Below are positions 1 to 12,500 of a stretch of DNA of 64,000 nucleotides, one piece after another (the first letter of the stretch is position 1; the number at the start of each line of letters is the position of its first letter). The stretch lies in assembly GCA_048128005.1 (NCBI GenBank), contig JBEUKZ010000016.1, positions 248,001 through 312,000 on the forward strand, in the 5' to 3' direction. Source of the stretch: Veleropilina oligotropha. Taxonomy: Eukaryota. The notes below the pieces were generated by a model. The model worked only from the letters and a program-made list of their open reading frames with translations. It did no database searches and was not told where the DNA came from. Both the position numbers and the translations under genes were made by a program.

Positions 1-558
1 TGAATATCTTGATTAACCTCTTTTTGCATGTGACATGTTATTTGACAGGTGGTTGGTTGTTATTAATGAGGATTTTTAGTCTTTGTTAATCTAATGGATT
101 TTGACAGCCTATCATATTGCATGATTCAATTTAGTGCGACTTCAGCCATTGCAGTGATAATTTAACATCAGCTTTGTTGTGTTTATGAACAGTTTATTAG
201 ATGGCAACAGTCAATCAGATTGGAATAAATATGCAAGAGGACCATGCTCCATACAGCACCATGCAGTGTCGTATCAGGACATATATATATTATCGGTGTC
301 AGAGGAGATTCTGGTGAAACCTACCTGCCCCTTCCTGTTATGGACCACAGTGACGGCTATCTCCAAGAAGTCTTAGACCATGCAGTCCCAAAACATTTGA
401 TTTGGAAGCCAGCGCAATCAGTATTGTATGAGCAACAATATTTGTCATTGTGGATACATTTTCGGCGAATAGTCAGATTAGTAAATTAATGTATATATGC
501 AAGGTGATAATTAATGGGCAGTTCAAAAGTTAATAAACATAATATATGTCTTCAACAG

Positions 559-3500
559 TCAAACCAGATATCGGAGGAACAGAGGCGTCAGTTCCGCAGC
601 AATATCGAAGAACTGAAGTCGAAGCTCCACGAGACCGTTGTGAACAGAGACACTGTATTGGAACTCAGGTTCAGTAACATGTATACAGATTTTCAGCAAT
701 TGTAATGGTTAACTATTTTAACAATCCATTATATGATTGATAATTAATTTCATGAATTTATTTAAATGTAAATACGATTATATCGACAGTTAATTTTGGC
801 TGATTGATTTCATTGCATGTTTTTTGACATAATTGAAAACCATGGTTTAACATCTCGATCCGATCAGACTGGTTTTTCTTCAACACCCGCCAAACTTTTC
901 GGCATGGTCACCTGATGAGACACAACGTTGCTTAACTTCGGTAATCTCATGAGAACCGGTGCGTTCCATTTAAACTGTCAATAGCTACATCGCTAAGAAT
1001 GTGTTATTTTTATTAACCTCGTCACTCCGGGAGCACGAAATTTCGCGCATTGGGTATGTGTTGGGGAATCCCCTTAATACTATGCACTCATTGGTTAAAA
1101 TTGCGAGTCATTTGCTAGAAATAAACTGTCTACCGATACATGGTGACACTTTTAGGTCATCCCTGCCAATCTGTGTCATTTTATCGCCAGTTGTTCCTGG
1201 CTTGTTCATATAAGTAAACTTAGCTATTTTTAGTGAAATGGTGATATATATGCAGCGTAGTCAAGGATTATATATTGTACATGATGTGAAATGATTGTTA
1301 GATAAGATGAGTGATGTTAATTTTAATTTAGATGAATACGATGATTCGGAACATTCTGATATTGATGGGGGGTCCTAATGGGGGTTTGCCGCTAATGATA
1401 TCCACGCCATCGACCACGCCCACCCCCAGGAACCGATGACAGTGATCAAGAGAGTGATCAAAATGAATATTATTTTGTTGATAGTGACTCTTACGATCAT
1501 GGGGTTGCTAGATGAGGGAATGTGTATGTAAACAGAGGCAGGCCTTCACAACATATGGGCAAGGACGTTGAAGGTGCTGGCCGTGCCAGACCACATTTAC
1601 GTGGGGATGGGCGTGGTCATGGTCGTAGGTATGGCAGACGTGCCTGATCTCGGAGTCATTTAAATGGATTTAAATAGAATTTGTTTGGGTTTATGAAGTG
1701 CATTACTGCCACTCATATTAAAACCCATTGTCGTTTCTGGTCATCTATAGCCTGCCCTGTTTCTTAAAATAATCATCTATCCGGTTTTTAAATTGGTTTA
1801 CAGATGTTGATTGTACTACATTACTAGGAAGATTGTTCCATTCATCGACAACCCGATTTGAGAAAAAGTGTTTTCTAACGTCTAGTCGGAATCACAACCT
1901 GTACAATTTAGTACATGCTATTTAATTGTGATCGTCATTGTTCATTGTAGATATTGTTTGAACGTAATTTCATATTTTTATTGCAGGAAGAAGGAGTCGT
2001 TGAGCCAAGAGGAGCTCCTCAACAAGATCCAAACGTCGTACCACCAGCTGCAGGACTCCAGCAAGAGCCAGGAACTGGTGTGTTAAATACTGTCATGTGT
2101 TAGAAAAGTGTTGATAACCTGCATGATCCTTAGATTAAACATCGTTTATTATGCTATATTAATGACCAATATCATTTTGATAGTGTATTACATTATATTT
2201 TGTGAAAATTAAGTGATTCCTCTGTTCATATGTATGTATGGACATTTTAAATTTAATTTACAAAAGGGTAATGCACATATTTAAATTGTGTACAATATGT
2301 GAATTCCAACGATAATAATTTCAATCCTATGATGCTAGTTTATATGGTATTTTTGTCTCGCCCCGAAGGGAAAGCGAGACTTAGGGATTACATTTTCCGG
2401 CGGCGTCGTCGGCGTCGTGTCATTTTCGGTTAAAGTTTTTCATTGAATGGAATTTTCTGATACATTGATATATATATATATAAAGGGCGAGACATATCGG
2501 ACCGTGGTTCTTGTTATCTATAGCAACTTTGCATTTTAACATTTTTGTTATCAGCCACGTCGGCTCTGCTGTGACATAGTCAGTGGAGCTTTATCGATTT
2601 GTCTGGCACCCGTCTATCTAGTTCTTAAACACTTTCTGATAACGTTTTTGTAACCTTTCTTATTATGTTTTGAAAATTCTTTGCAAAACACAATTGAGTC
2701 TTTTGAACTTACTGAAATCAAAAATTTTGGATAAATTTGGCAAATGCAGATGAGGTCTTTAGACTGATAGGCATGTCTCTTGTTTGATTACCATACAATT
2801 GTGAACAACTAAAGACTTACTGTTATCCATATTAATTTACTCTTTTCAGACAATCTTAGAAACCAATAAGAAAACTGAGTGCATGCAGCATAGTAACTTT
2901 GTTTACGAAACAGCTTTAAAGCAGATTAGAACAGTCCTATCCGACATTGAAAAGAAGCGAGAACGATCTTATTTTGAAAGTGAGCCCATTTTAAATCAAA
3001 GCCCGGCGATGGTTGCACATACATTGGAGCGATGCATACAAGATCTGGACAGAGAACTGGATATGAAGAAATTTAAACTCCAAGAGGTAATGAACACAAT
3101 TGTTTCACATGTATCTGTGATTAACAGCAAATGCTGCACAATTCTCATTGAGTACACAGCAGGCAAAGAGTTTAAGTATCTTCCGATTATCCTGTTTTTA
3201 TGCCCCCACCAATTTATTGGGGGGCATTTAGATTTACCCTTGTCCGTCCGTCTGTCTCGAAAACCAGTATTGCGTGCAAGTAACTCCATTCTGCTATAAC
3301 TTCCAGCTGCCTTTATGGATTGACTTGATACTTCATACGCTTGATTATCGTCATTCATACTTCACTTCTGTGACCTATCCATGTCGCCTCTATGCTCAAG
3401 GTCAAATGACATAGCTCTTCGAACCAGTATTTGCGTGTGAGTAATTCCATTCTGCTATAACTTCCATCTGCGTTCATGGATTAACTTGATACTTCATACA

Positions 3501-6500
3501 CTTGCTTATCATCATTCATACTTCGCTTCTGCAACCCATCCAGTCACCCCTATGCCCAAGGTCAAGGTTAAATGACTTAGCTCTTCGGACCGGTATTTGC
3601 GTGCAAGTAACTCCATTCTGCTATAACTTCCCATCTTCCTTCATGGATTGACTTGATACTTCATACACTTGCTTATCATCATTCATACTTCCCTTCTGTG
3701 GCCTATCCATGTCGCCCCTAAGGTCAAGGTCAAATGACTTAGGTCATAACTTCCATCTGCCGTCATGGATTGACTTGATACTTCATACACTTGCTTATCA
3801 TCATTCGTACTTCCCTTCTGCGAGTCACCCATGCCATTAATTGTCTGTAAATAACTCCACAAAACGTTCTTTGCTGCCCCTATGGTCAAGGCTGCCAGTG
3901 GGGGCAATCGTGTCCGATGGACACATTTCTAGTTATGTCTAAAATATTCTTTATCTATTTATGAAAGGCTCTCTGAGAGATTAAGTCACAGTTGATGTGC
4001 GTTCATATTTCCACACCTATATCAATTCTATCATTTATAAATTGTTTTCAGGTTGAGGCCGATATGAAGGAATTACAAGCAATGTCAGCAGAGAGGTTGC
4101 AGCACCTGATGAGAGAGCATCAAGAAAAGTAAGGGATAACTTTTATTTTCCGGCCCCTTGGTGGGTAAGAGCCTCGCCTTGAATTTTGGCAAGCTCCTCG
4201 AGCGCTGGATCAAGACCGGTCAAAAACAAATCTGTGCAAACACACCCAGCGAGCCACAACCGTCCGAGGCGGGTGGGTTCCACTGGTCAACTCAAGATAA
4301 TGTGAATGTCATACTACAAGATGGTAAATGGGTCATTAAGCCCCAAGTCACATATTTTAATTCATATGTAAACTTTTAAGGCTGGTTCATAGTTTAGTGG
4401 CGACCCCATTGCCAACCATCTGTCGCGTTTACTCTTTAGCTGGTCACAGTCGTGCGTATCCCTGTAATCTCCGACGCTACTTTCTAAACGATCGCCGCAA
4501 TACCAAAACTAATTGAAACGCAAGGGGTTCATACTGTCCGTGCTTAAAATTACAATCTGACCACATTTCTAACCAAATAGATTTAGAATAAGACATAGAA
4601 ATACCTCTCCTGCATATATTTTTGCCACGAAAGAAAAGGTGCAAAAGAGAAAATGGTATTATATCCTACATAGGAAACCATCGTTCCCCTTTAAGCACGG
4701 ATGAGAGACTATCTTTGACTCTTTGCATTCTTGCGATAGGAAATTCCCAACAAATTGATGCTGATAGCTAGGGTCTTGGAAAACCCACAGTCAATGGAAT
4801 ACCTCATGACATGTGTCAAGCGATATGGAATGCGTTAAATAATTTTTTTTTGGCCATTCCGTCTACAGAACAACCACGTAACCATAAAACCCCAGTAAAT
4901 TCTGGTAGTGATTATTTCAATTACAAGAAATATAATTTTTTCAGGGTTGCCATTAGTTTATGGACTGCCTGCTAGGCAGGGCTATACCTGGTAGTTGTGG
5001 CCCGGCGTCCATTGACATCGGGGTCCGCTGATCACTTTCTGTCACATAGAAGAAACTGCTGGACCTATGCTTTTTATGCCCCCTTAACGAAGTTTGGAGG
5101 CATATAGTGTTGCACACGTCTGTCCGGGCGTTCATCCGTCTGAACTTCGTTTCCAGGCAATAACTTTAAAATGCCTTCATGGATTTCAATTTAATTTAGT
5201 ATGCAAGTGCATAATCATAATAGCTAAGTGAAGCTCGATTTCGGTAAAATTCTGATGTCACATAAGCGAGTTATGCCCCTTGATTCACACGCAAACATTT
5301 TTTCATTTCTGGGCTGTAACTTGAGAATGCCTTCATGGATTTAAATTAAATTTGGTATTCACGTGTATGATCATAATAGCTAAGTGAAGTTCGATTTCGG
5401 TAAAATTCCATCTTCACATAATGGAGTTATGTCCCTTGATCCACTTGCAATTTTTTTTCCCTTTCCGGGCGATAACTTGAAAACGCCTTCATGGATTTCA
5501 ATTAAATTTCGTATGCAAGTGGATGATCATAATAGCTAAGTGGAGTTCGATTTCGGTAAAATTTTGATGTCACATAAGAGAGGTATGCCCCTTGATTCAC
5601 TTGGAAACATTTCTTCATTTCCGGGTGGTAACTTCAGAATGCCTTCATGGATTTAAATTAAATTTGGTATTCACGTGTATGATCATAATATCTAAATGGA
5701 GTTCGATTTCGGTAAAATTCTGCCATCACATAACAGAGTTATGTCCCTTGATCCACTTGCAATTTTTTTCCATTTCTGGGTGATGACTTGAGAATGCTTT
5801 CATGGATTTCAATTAAATTTTGTATGCAAGTTGTTGATCATAATAGCTAGGTGGAGTTCGATTTCGGTAAAATTCCGATGTCACATAGAGAGTTATGCCC
5901 CTTGATTCACTTGGAAACATTTTTTCATTTCCGGGCGGTAACTTCAGAATGCCTTCATGGATTTAAATTCAATTTGGTATTCACGTGTATGATCATAATA
6001 GCTAAGCGGAGTTCGATTTTGGTAAAATTCCGCCTCACATAAGGGAGTTATGACCCTTCATCAAATTGCAAATTTTTCTTCCATTTCTGGGCGATAACTT
6101 GAGAATGCCTTCATGGATATAAATTAAAATTGGTATACACGTGTAATATCATAGGAAATATATTTTATGCCCGGTCCCCTGCAAAACGAAGTATGGAGAG
6201 CATTTATTGTTACACATGTTTGTCCTTCGAATGCTTTAGATTCTGGGCTATATTCAGGCATTCATGAATTCAAATTAAATTAATTTGATATACACATGTA
6301 TATCAGAATATCTAAGTGGAGTTTGATTTCTATAAATTCCCAACTTCATTTAAGAGACATAGGACATTAATTAATTTAATTTTGTTTTCAATTCTGGACA
6401 ATAAGTTCGGAATATATTCATGGAATGAAACTATATTTGGAATATAGGTGTATACTTATTCATACATTGTTAAATGCGTAAATTCAATGTTAAGAGAGTT

Positions 6501-9500
6501 ATGGCTGTTCACTTCAAATTTCTTTCATTCCTGGGCAGTTGTTTCAGAGGGGGCATTTGTGTCACTCTGACGTATCTAGTCATATATGATATACACCTTG
6601 TATACCATCATGCCTTGCCTAAGTTCAAAGATGGGTCACTGGGTCAAGGTCTTGTTGTGTATTTCCAATCTGGACTTGGAAGATTGCTTTCTGTCACATA
6701 TAAGATGAACAGCAGGACCAACGCTTTTCATATTTGGTATATATGCCTTGTATCCCATCAGGCCTTGCCCAAGTCCAAAGATAGGGTATTCCATTCTTGA
6801 CTTGAAAGATTGTTTTCTGTCAAATACAAGACGAACCGCTGGACCTATGCTTTTCATATTTGGTATAAACCTTGCATACCATCAGGCCCTGCATAAGTTC
6901 AAAGATGGGGTCACTGGCATAGTATTAGCCAGCGAGCCGTCTGGCTGTCTTTGCGACGGCCTATCCAAAATATAGACGGGAGGTTACACTAAAGACGGCT
7001 GAAAGACGGTCAGTGAAAAATTACAAGTAATGTGTGCAACATTGTTGTCAAACATCATTTCTAACTTGAAACAACTTCATAAGATTACAATTTATTTAAA
7101 ACATTATTCATGTATTCCAAAAAAGTTATAAATTGCCTTTTTATTCACTTAACTTCATCATGTATCTTGAAGTCGCATTTCTGTCAAAGCATCCCTCGTG
7201 TGCATCAATTTTGATCACTACCTGTGTCATGGGTGCATTGTGGTAGACTGAAAAACTAGGTTCAAATAGAAAGTTCTATGAAAAACAATAATAGCGGAAT
7301 GAATGGCTTTTTGAAATGAACTTGATTTAGTTTTAAGATTTGCTCCAAACTGGCTGTTTAGAAACCAAGGTAACAGACTGAAAGGAAATTTCACTTTTGC
7401 TTGTATTAATATGACAGCAAAGGTATTAATTAATAGTAAAATATAATCTGATAATCAAGAAGTAATTTTATTGAAATAACTTATAGTTATAAAATGTACA
7501 TTTTAGCTTTCATAGATACATTTAATCATGGATAACTTCAATTATTAAATATTTCATTATCAGTACATGTATCTATAATCAAACGTTTTGAGATGGATAG
7601 CACACATCCCGTGGAATATAATGTACACGTACATACAGTTGGCTTCCAGGATTATCAATAAATGTTAGCGAGTATGCAGAATCCAAATAGTTCTGGAAAA
7701 TAATTTATGCATGAATGATTAGTAAATTGTAGATATGCTAGGTCTAAGTCGAAATTTACAAAAATTTTCAAATAAATATTTCAATACACTTGAACCATGA
7801 TATAATAGGCTATTATATAAAACTTCGAATTCTTCTATACGTATACGATCAGCTACTATTTCAAATTAAACCTGTTAAAAAGACATTTGAACCGAGTGAA
7901 ATATAATTAAGTGAGACTCCCTATAACAAAATCCTGGCTAACACTCTGGTCACTGGGACAAAGGTCAAGGTCTTTTTCGTGTACCGTATTTCCAATCTGG
8001 ACTTGGAAGATTGCTTTATGTCAAATACAAGACGAACCGCTGGACCCACACTTTTCATATTTGGTATACACCTTAAGCTTGTATACCATCAGGCATTGCC
8101 TAAATTCAAAGATGGGGTCACTGGGTAAAAGGTCAAGGTCGTTTTCGTGTATTTTCAATCTTGACTTGGAAGATTGCTTTCTGTCACATTAAATAGAAGA
8201 CAAACCGCTGTACCATCAGGCCTTGCCTAAGCTCGAAGTTGGGGTCAAAGGTAAAGGTCATATGAACTATTGTAAAATATATACTTTCTGACAGTTACTA
8301 TGAAATTTATTATAGAGTTATTGATTATTTAATATCTATGGATGTATTATATACAAAAGGCAAGTATGATGAGCATGCCGCTAGTTTTGTTCCGACTACA
8401 ATACGATTTCAAAATTATTAAGGTCGTAACACAAACCGAAAACTACTTGCATGTGAATATGTTTAAGAATGACGTTTGTTCTTCTTAAATTGTGTGTAGT
8501 ATTAACGTTATCGTTGGCTGGAAAAATAACTAACAAACGTATTATTATTATGATTTCATAGTTTGACAATGTAATTTTTTAATCTACATGAATGCATACT
8601 TATATTCGCGTGCATTGTTACTACATACTATGGTACAATTGGGTACAACTTTATGGACATCCAGATAGTTAATAATATCTTTCGTTTTCATTTTGATATG
8701 TTTTAGGTATATATTGCAATTAATGATTATGTCTCGTTCGATGAATGCAAAATTTAAAAAAATGATATGTGTGTACGATATGTATATGCACCAATAAACG
8801 ACATAGGTTAAACTATACAATGTTGATTTAATCTTGCACCATTTAATATTATAATAGGCGTATGTGAGCTATTAGGCCAGCCTACATTACAAAGCTTTGT
8901 TTAAAAAGCCCAAAACTGACAAATTTCTTTCAAATCGGACGCGTTCAACGGAAAAACTTGAAATGTGGTCAACTTGACATGCAAGCCAACGGAATTGCCT
9001 TGCGCATGCGAAAAATCGTCTGAGTTCACGAAGCACAGTTTTGAAACTAGCGCGTTTGAGGGATGCGGTTTCATGCGGCACATTCCACACCAGCGGCGCT
9101 CACATTAACGAGGTCGCATCCCTTGCAGCGGTCGACTATGAATTAACATTTAGTTGGATAGAAGCTACTTGCGCCTTAAGTAATGATGAATTAAAGAAGC
9201 AGTGAAATAAGTATTCATTTCAATCTGAATCATGTTTGGTCATTTCAAGATCTGACTTGTCTGTTCAATGTAATAATATAATATATTCAACATATAGGGC
9301 CTACATATATTGAATAATATATAAAGTAATTTACTTGAGGTGAGGTAACATATACTGAGGTCTAGGCCAGTGAATATCATTATTGTCTGACCTATGAAGA
9401 ATCATGATTTATTGTCCCCCGCCGCCTATCGGGCAGACGGGGGACATAGAATCCGCGTCCGTGCATCCGTCCGGATTTTCTCACATCTTTTTTTGCCATT

Positions 9501-12500
9501 TAGAGAAATATGATTTTGTCTTTATTTCTGTTTCTCTGAAACTTCAAGTCTTACAATAACTATTATATTAGGATCAGCACTGCATAGGTAGTACTTGTGA
9601 ATTCTTGCTTTACAAACTGAAAATGTGGCCCCTTTCAAGGTAGCCGGGGTGGGCGAGACATATAATTCTGCGGAATTTTTTGTTTTCATATTGAGAATTT
9701 CTAGCTTTCTGAAAGTTTACAGATCAATTAATCACATCATTGGGTAGATCAAGTTCGAATATATGGAATTTTGAAAACTTTTAGGTTTTTCGTGTTATTG
9801 AATATACTAGCAATGGTACCCGTCTTCGCCGGGTAAGTCCCCCCACCCCAATTTTTTTTTTTTTTTTTTTGGATAGTGCTCCCTTAAATTTTTTTTTTTT
9901 TCCCGAATTTTCCGAATTTTTTTCGTGGTAAACCTTCCTTGGGGGACCCCGATTAACCCCCCAAAGTTTGAAGGTCCTAGGTCAAAGCGTCTGGGAGGAG
10001 TTCAACTTGAAACAGACAGACAGACAGACACACACACATAAAATTAGAATTTTCCGAATTTTTTTCGTGGTAAACCTTCCTTGGGGGACCCCGATTAACC
10101 CCCCAAAGTTTGAAGGTCGTAGGTCAAAGCGTCTGGGAGGAGTTCAACTTGAAACAGACACACACACTATTATTATTATATTAAGATAGTCTCTGGAAGC
10201 ATAGATGTTGTCAATTTTCTCACAACTAACTTTTTCAAATTAAAGAAATGCTAGCTGTACGAAGCTGTCATGGAATATATCAAGTTTGAATATGGGGGCC
10301 GATTCGACAGCTGTGTGGTGTCGGTGTGGACTCAGAAAATCACTGGCTTGATTCCACCCATGCAAACAGTATTGCCACTGTGGGTTCAAACCCCGGCTGG
10401 GGCATGACATTATTTGTTCAAATTATGAATCACAGTTGTCCATAACTGGTCCAAGAGGGCAGTATTTCCTCCCGCGATAATACGGACATGTGATGTCCTG
10501 GTTTGAACCTAAATAAGTTGTAAATATACAGGACAATAAGCATTGATCCTTTCCTTTTCGAATATGGGAATGTTTTTTTTAAATTTATTGATTTTTTGGC
10601 GATTTTGTGCATAGTCTCTGCAAGCATGAATGTGGTAAATTTTCTCACATGCATTTATTTCATTTACAGAGACTAGCTTTCTGAAACTCTACAGATCAAC
10701 TAACCCCATCATGGGGTAGATCTAGATTTTTTGAAACCTATGCAATTTATCAATTTTCTCACCACTAAATATTCCATTTAAAGAAATGTTAGCTTTCTGA
10801 AACTTCACAGACCAACTAACCACAATGTGATAATGGGATGGATAAAGTTCGAATAATGAGAATTATTTAATTTACTTGAAGTATTTACACTTTAAGAGTC
10901 TCGGGGTGCATATCTATCTCTGTAGCCTTTGGTGGCAGGAAATATTGCTTAATTAATGAATTCTCATTGAGTTACTGAATACACAGTGGGCAAAAATATA
11001 TATGTGGTCAATAATATGGGCGGGGGACAATCGCCACTTAGTGGCAATCACTTGTGATCTATGACTTAAAGTTTATATTCCTTTGAAGAACGTGATTATA
11101 TGATGAAAGAAATGAATCTTTTGTGTATTAGTCATCCGTAATTTTGCTGTGTGCAGTAGTCTGCTATATATATATTCTTGCTAGTGACATGTACATTCCT
11201 GTTCTCAGGTTTATCCAGTTTACGACGGAGAATGAAACCCAGCAGCTCTCCGTGAACGAGCGAGCCACCAATGCCCGGAAGCAGGCAGCTACTCTGCAGG
11301 CACAGCTCCAACTTGTAGAGTACGTTTGGTTTGGGTCTATGATTAATGTCCCTATTTAACACCCATCACAGCCCACAAAGTTCCCAATTTTTTCCCACTG
11401 ACCATTAACTACAAACTTTCAAATTTTAGTAGCCAAGTCAAAATTTCACAAGCCAGACAGAAAATTTTATAGCCAATTTAAATATCAATTTATATAAACT
11501 TATACATTCAACAAATGAATCATAATAACACTCCATGTTTCGAATGGACTAATTTAGATGTCTTCATAATTACGTGTACATAGCATTTTATATGTGGAAT
11601 GCTGTTTGAGGGATATTCAATACACGGCATAGAATATATACTAAATATCCAGGGTGTACATTAATATTGTTCATTGTAATCCGTATTAAAGGCAGTTTTA
11701 ATACTATATTTTCAATGAATGTTTCAGAGGACACACGGAGCAACAATTGAAAATGAAGGATGAATTGATACAAGAGCTTGGGGACAAATTACAACAAACA
11801 AAGGAGGAGTCTTCACGGGACAGAAAAATATGGATGGACAAGGTACTTATATTCAAGTAACGTATTGAAAAACCTTGGTAAACTTATTTTATTATATATT
11901 GGATATAAGCGTGGCTTTAAATTCGCCGAAAGGTGCTAAATGGATGGCTAGTTATTATCCTACGTTTTATTCCAACTCCGAGTCTAACTCCGTAGCAAAT
12001 GCCTGTCGTTTGACCAGCATGCTATAACTATTAATTAATTCTATGCGACCACTGTTCCAACTAGGGTAATATTATAACTTACATAGTTTGTTAGTGACCG
12101 AATACGGATTTTACCGGGGTCAGTGGAAATTTCATATATCGCCTCGCCCAATATGAAATTTCCACTGACCCCGGTAAAATCCGTATTCGGTCACTAACAA
12201 ACTATGTAAGGTATTTATCCTGTCGACGACCTGCAAATATATTATGTATAGGTTAACCCACATGGGACTGTTGATTCTTGAAAAATAATGCACGAGGGCC
12301 GACAGGCCCGAGTGCATTATTTTTCAAGAATCAACAGTCCCATGTGGGTTAACTTACTTAATCCATTTTGACAATATTAGCTATTTGTTATATTTTAAAC
12401 ATTATTATATACATGAAATCGCCAATTTAAAAGCAATACGATAGAAATTTTGTACGAATTGGGGTTTACTCTCCCAAAACTCCTGTCGGATCCCATTCCT

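Larger units (their letters stand above)
4957..8386 (+). mobile_element. Helentron-type element (~157-bp units) interrupted by two nested insertions
   Basis: Same family as the uninterrupted reverse copy at 47539-48458 (shared tgctaggcagggcta 5' end, gggtcaaaggtcaaggtc units and 3' end). Split by insertions at ~5070-6580 and 6918-7948. Confidence 0.8.
9408..11056 (+). mobile_element. Helentron-type element hosting a Helitron and a SINE
   Basis: 5' tgtcccccgcc...gggggaca hairpin plus gtcc microsatellite; matching 3' ggcgggggaca plus palindrome gccact-t-agtggc near 11020-11050; degenerate tandem units between. Confidence 0.6.

Noticed and set aside
179..489. ORFs upstream of the first visible CCDC158 exon
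   Set aside because: No coiled-coil character, no similarity to CCDC158 that I can recognise, and no convincing in-phase donor.
4945..4975. Strong-looking acceptor ttttttcag|G as an extra CCDC158 exon
   Set aside because: The frame hits TAG within about 10 codons, and exons 4052-4128 and 11209-11319 already join without a gap relative to CCDC158.
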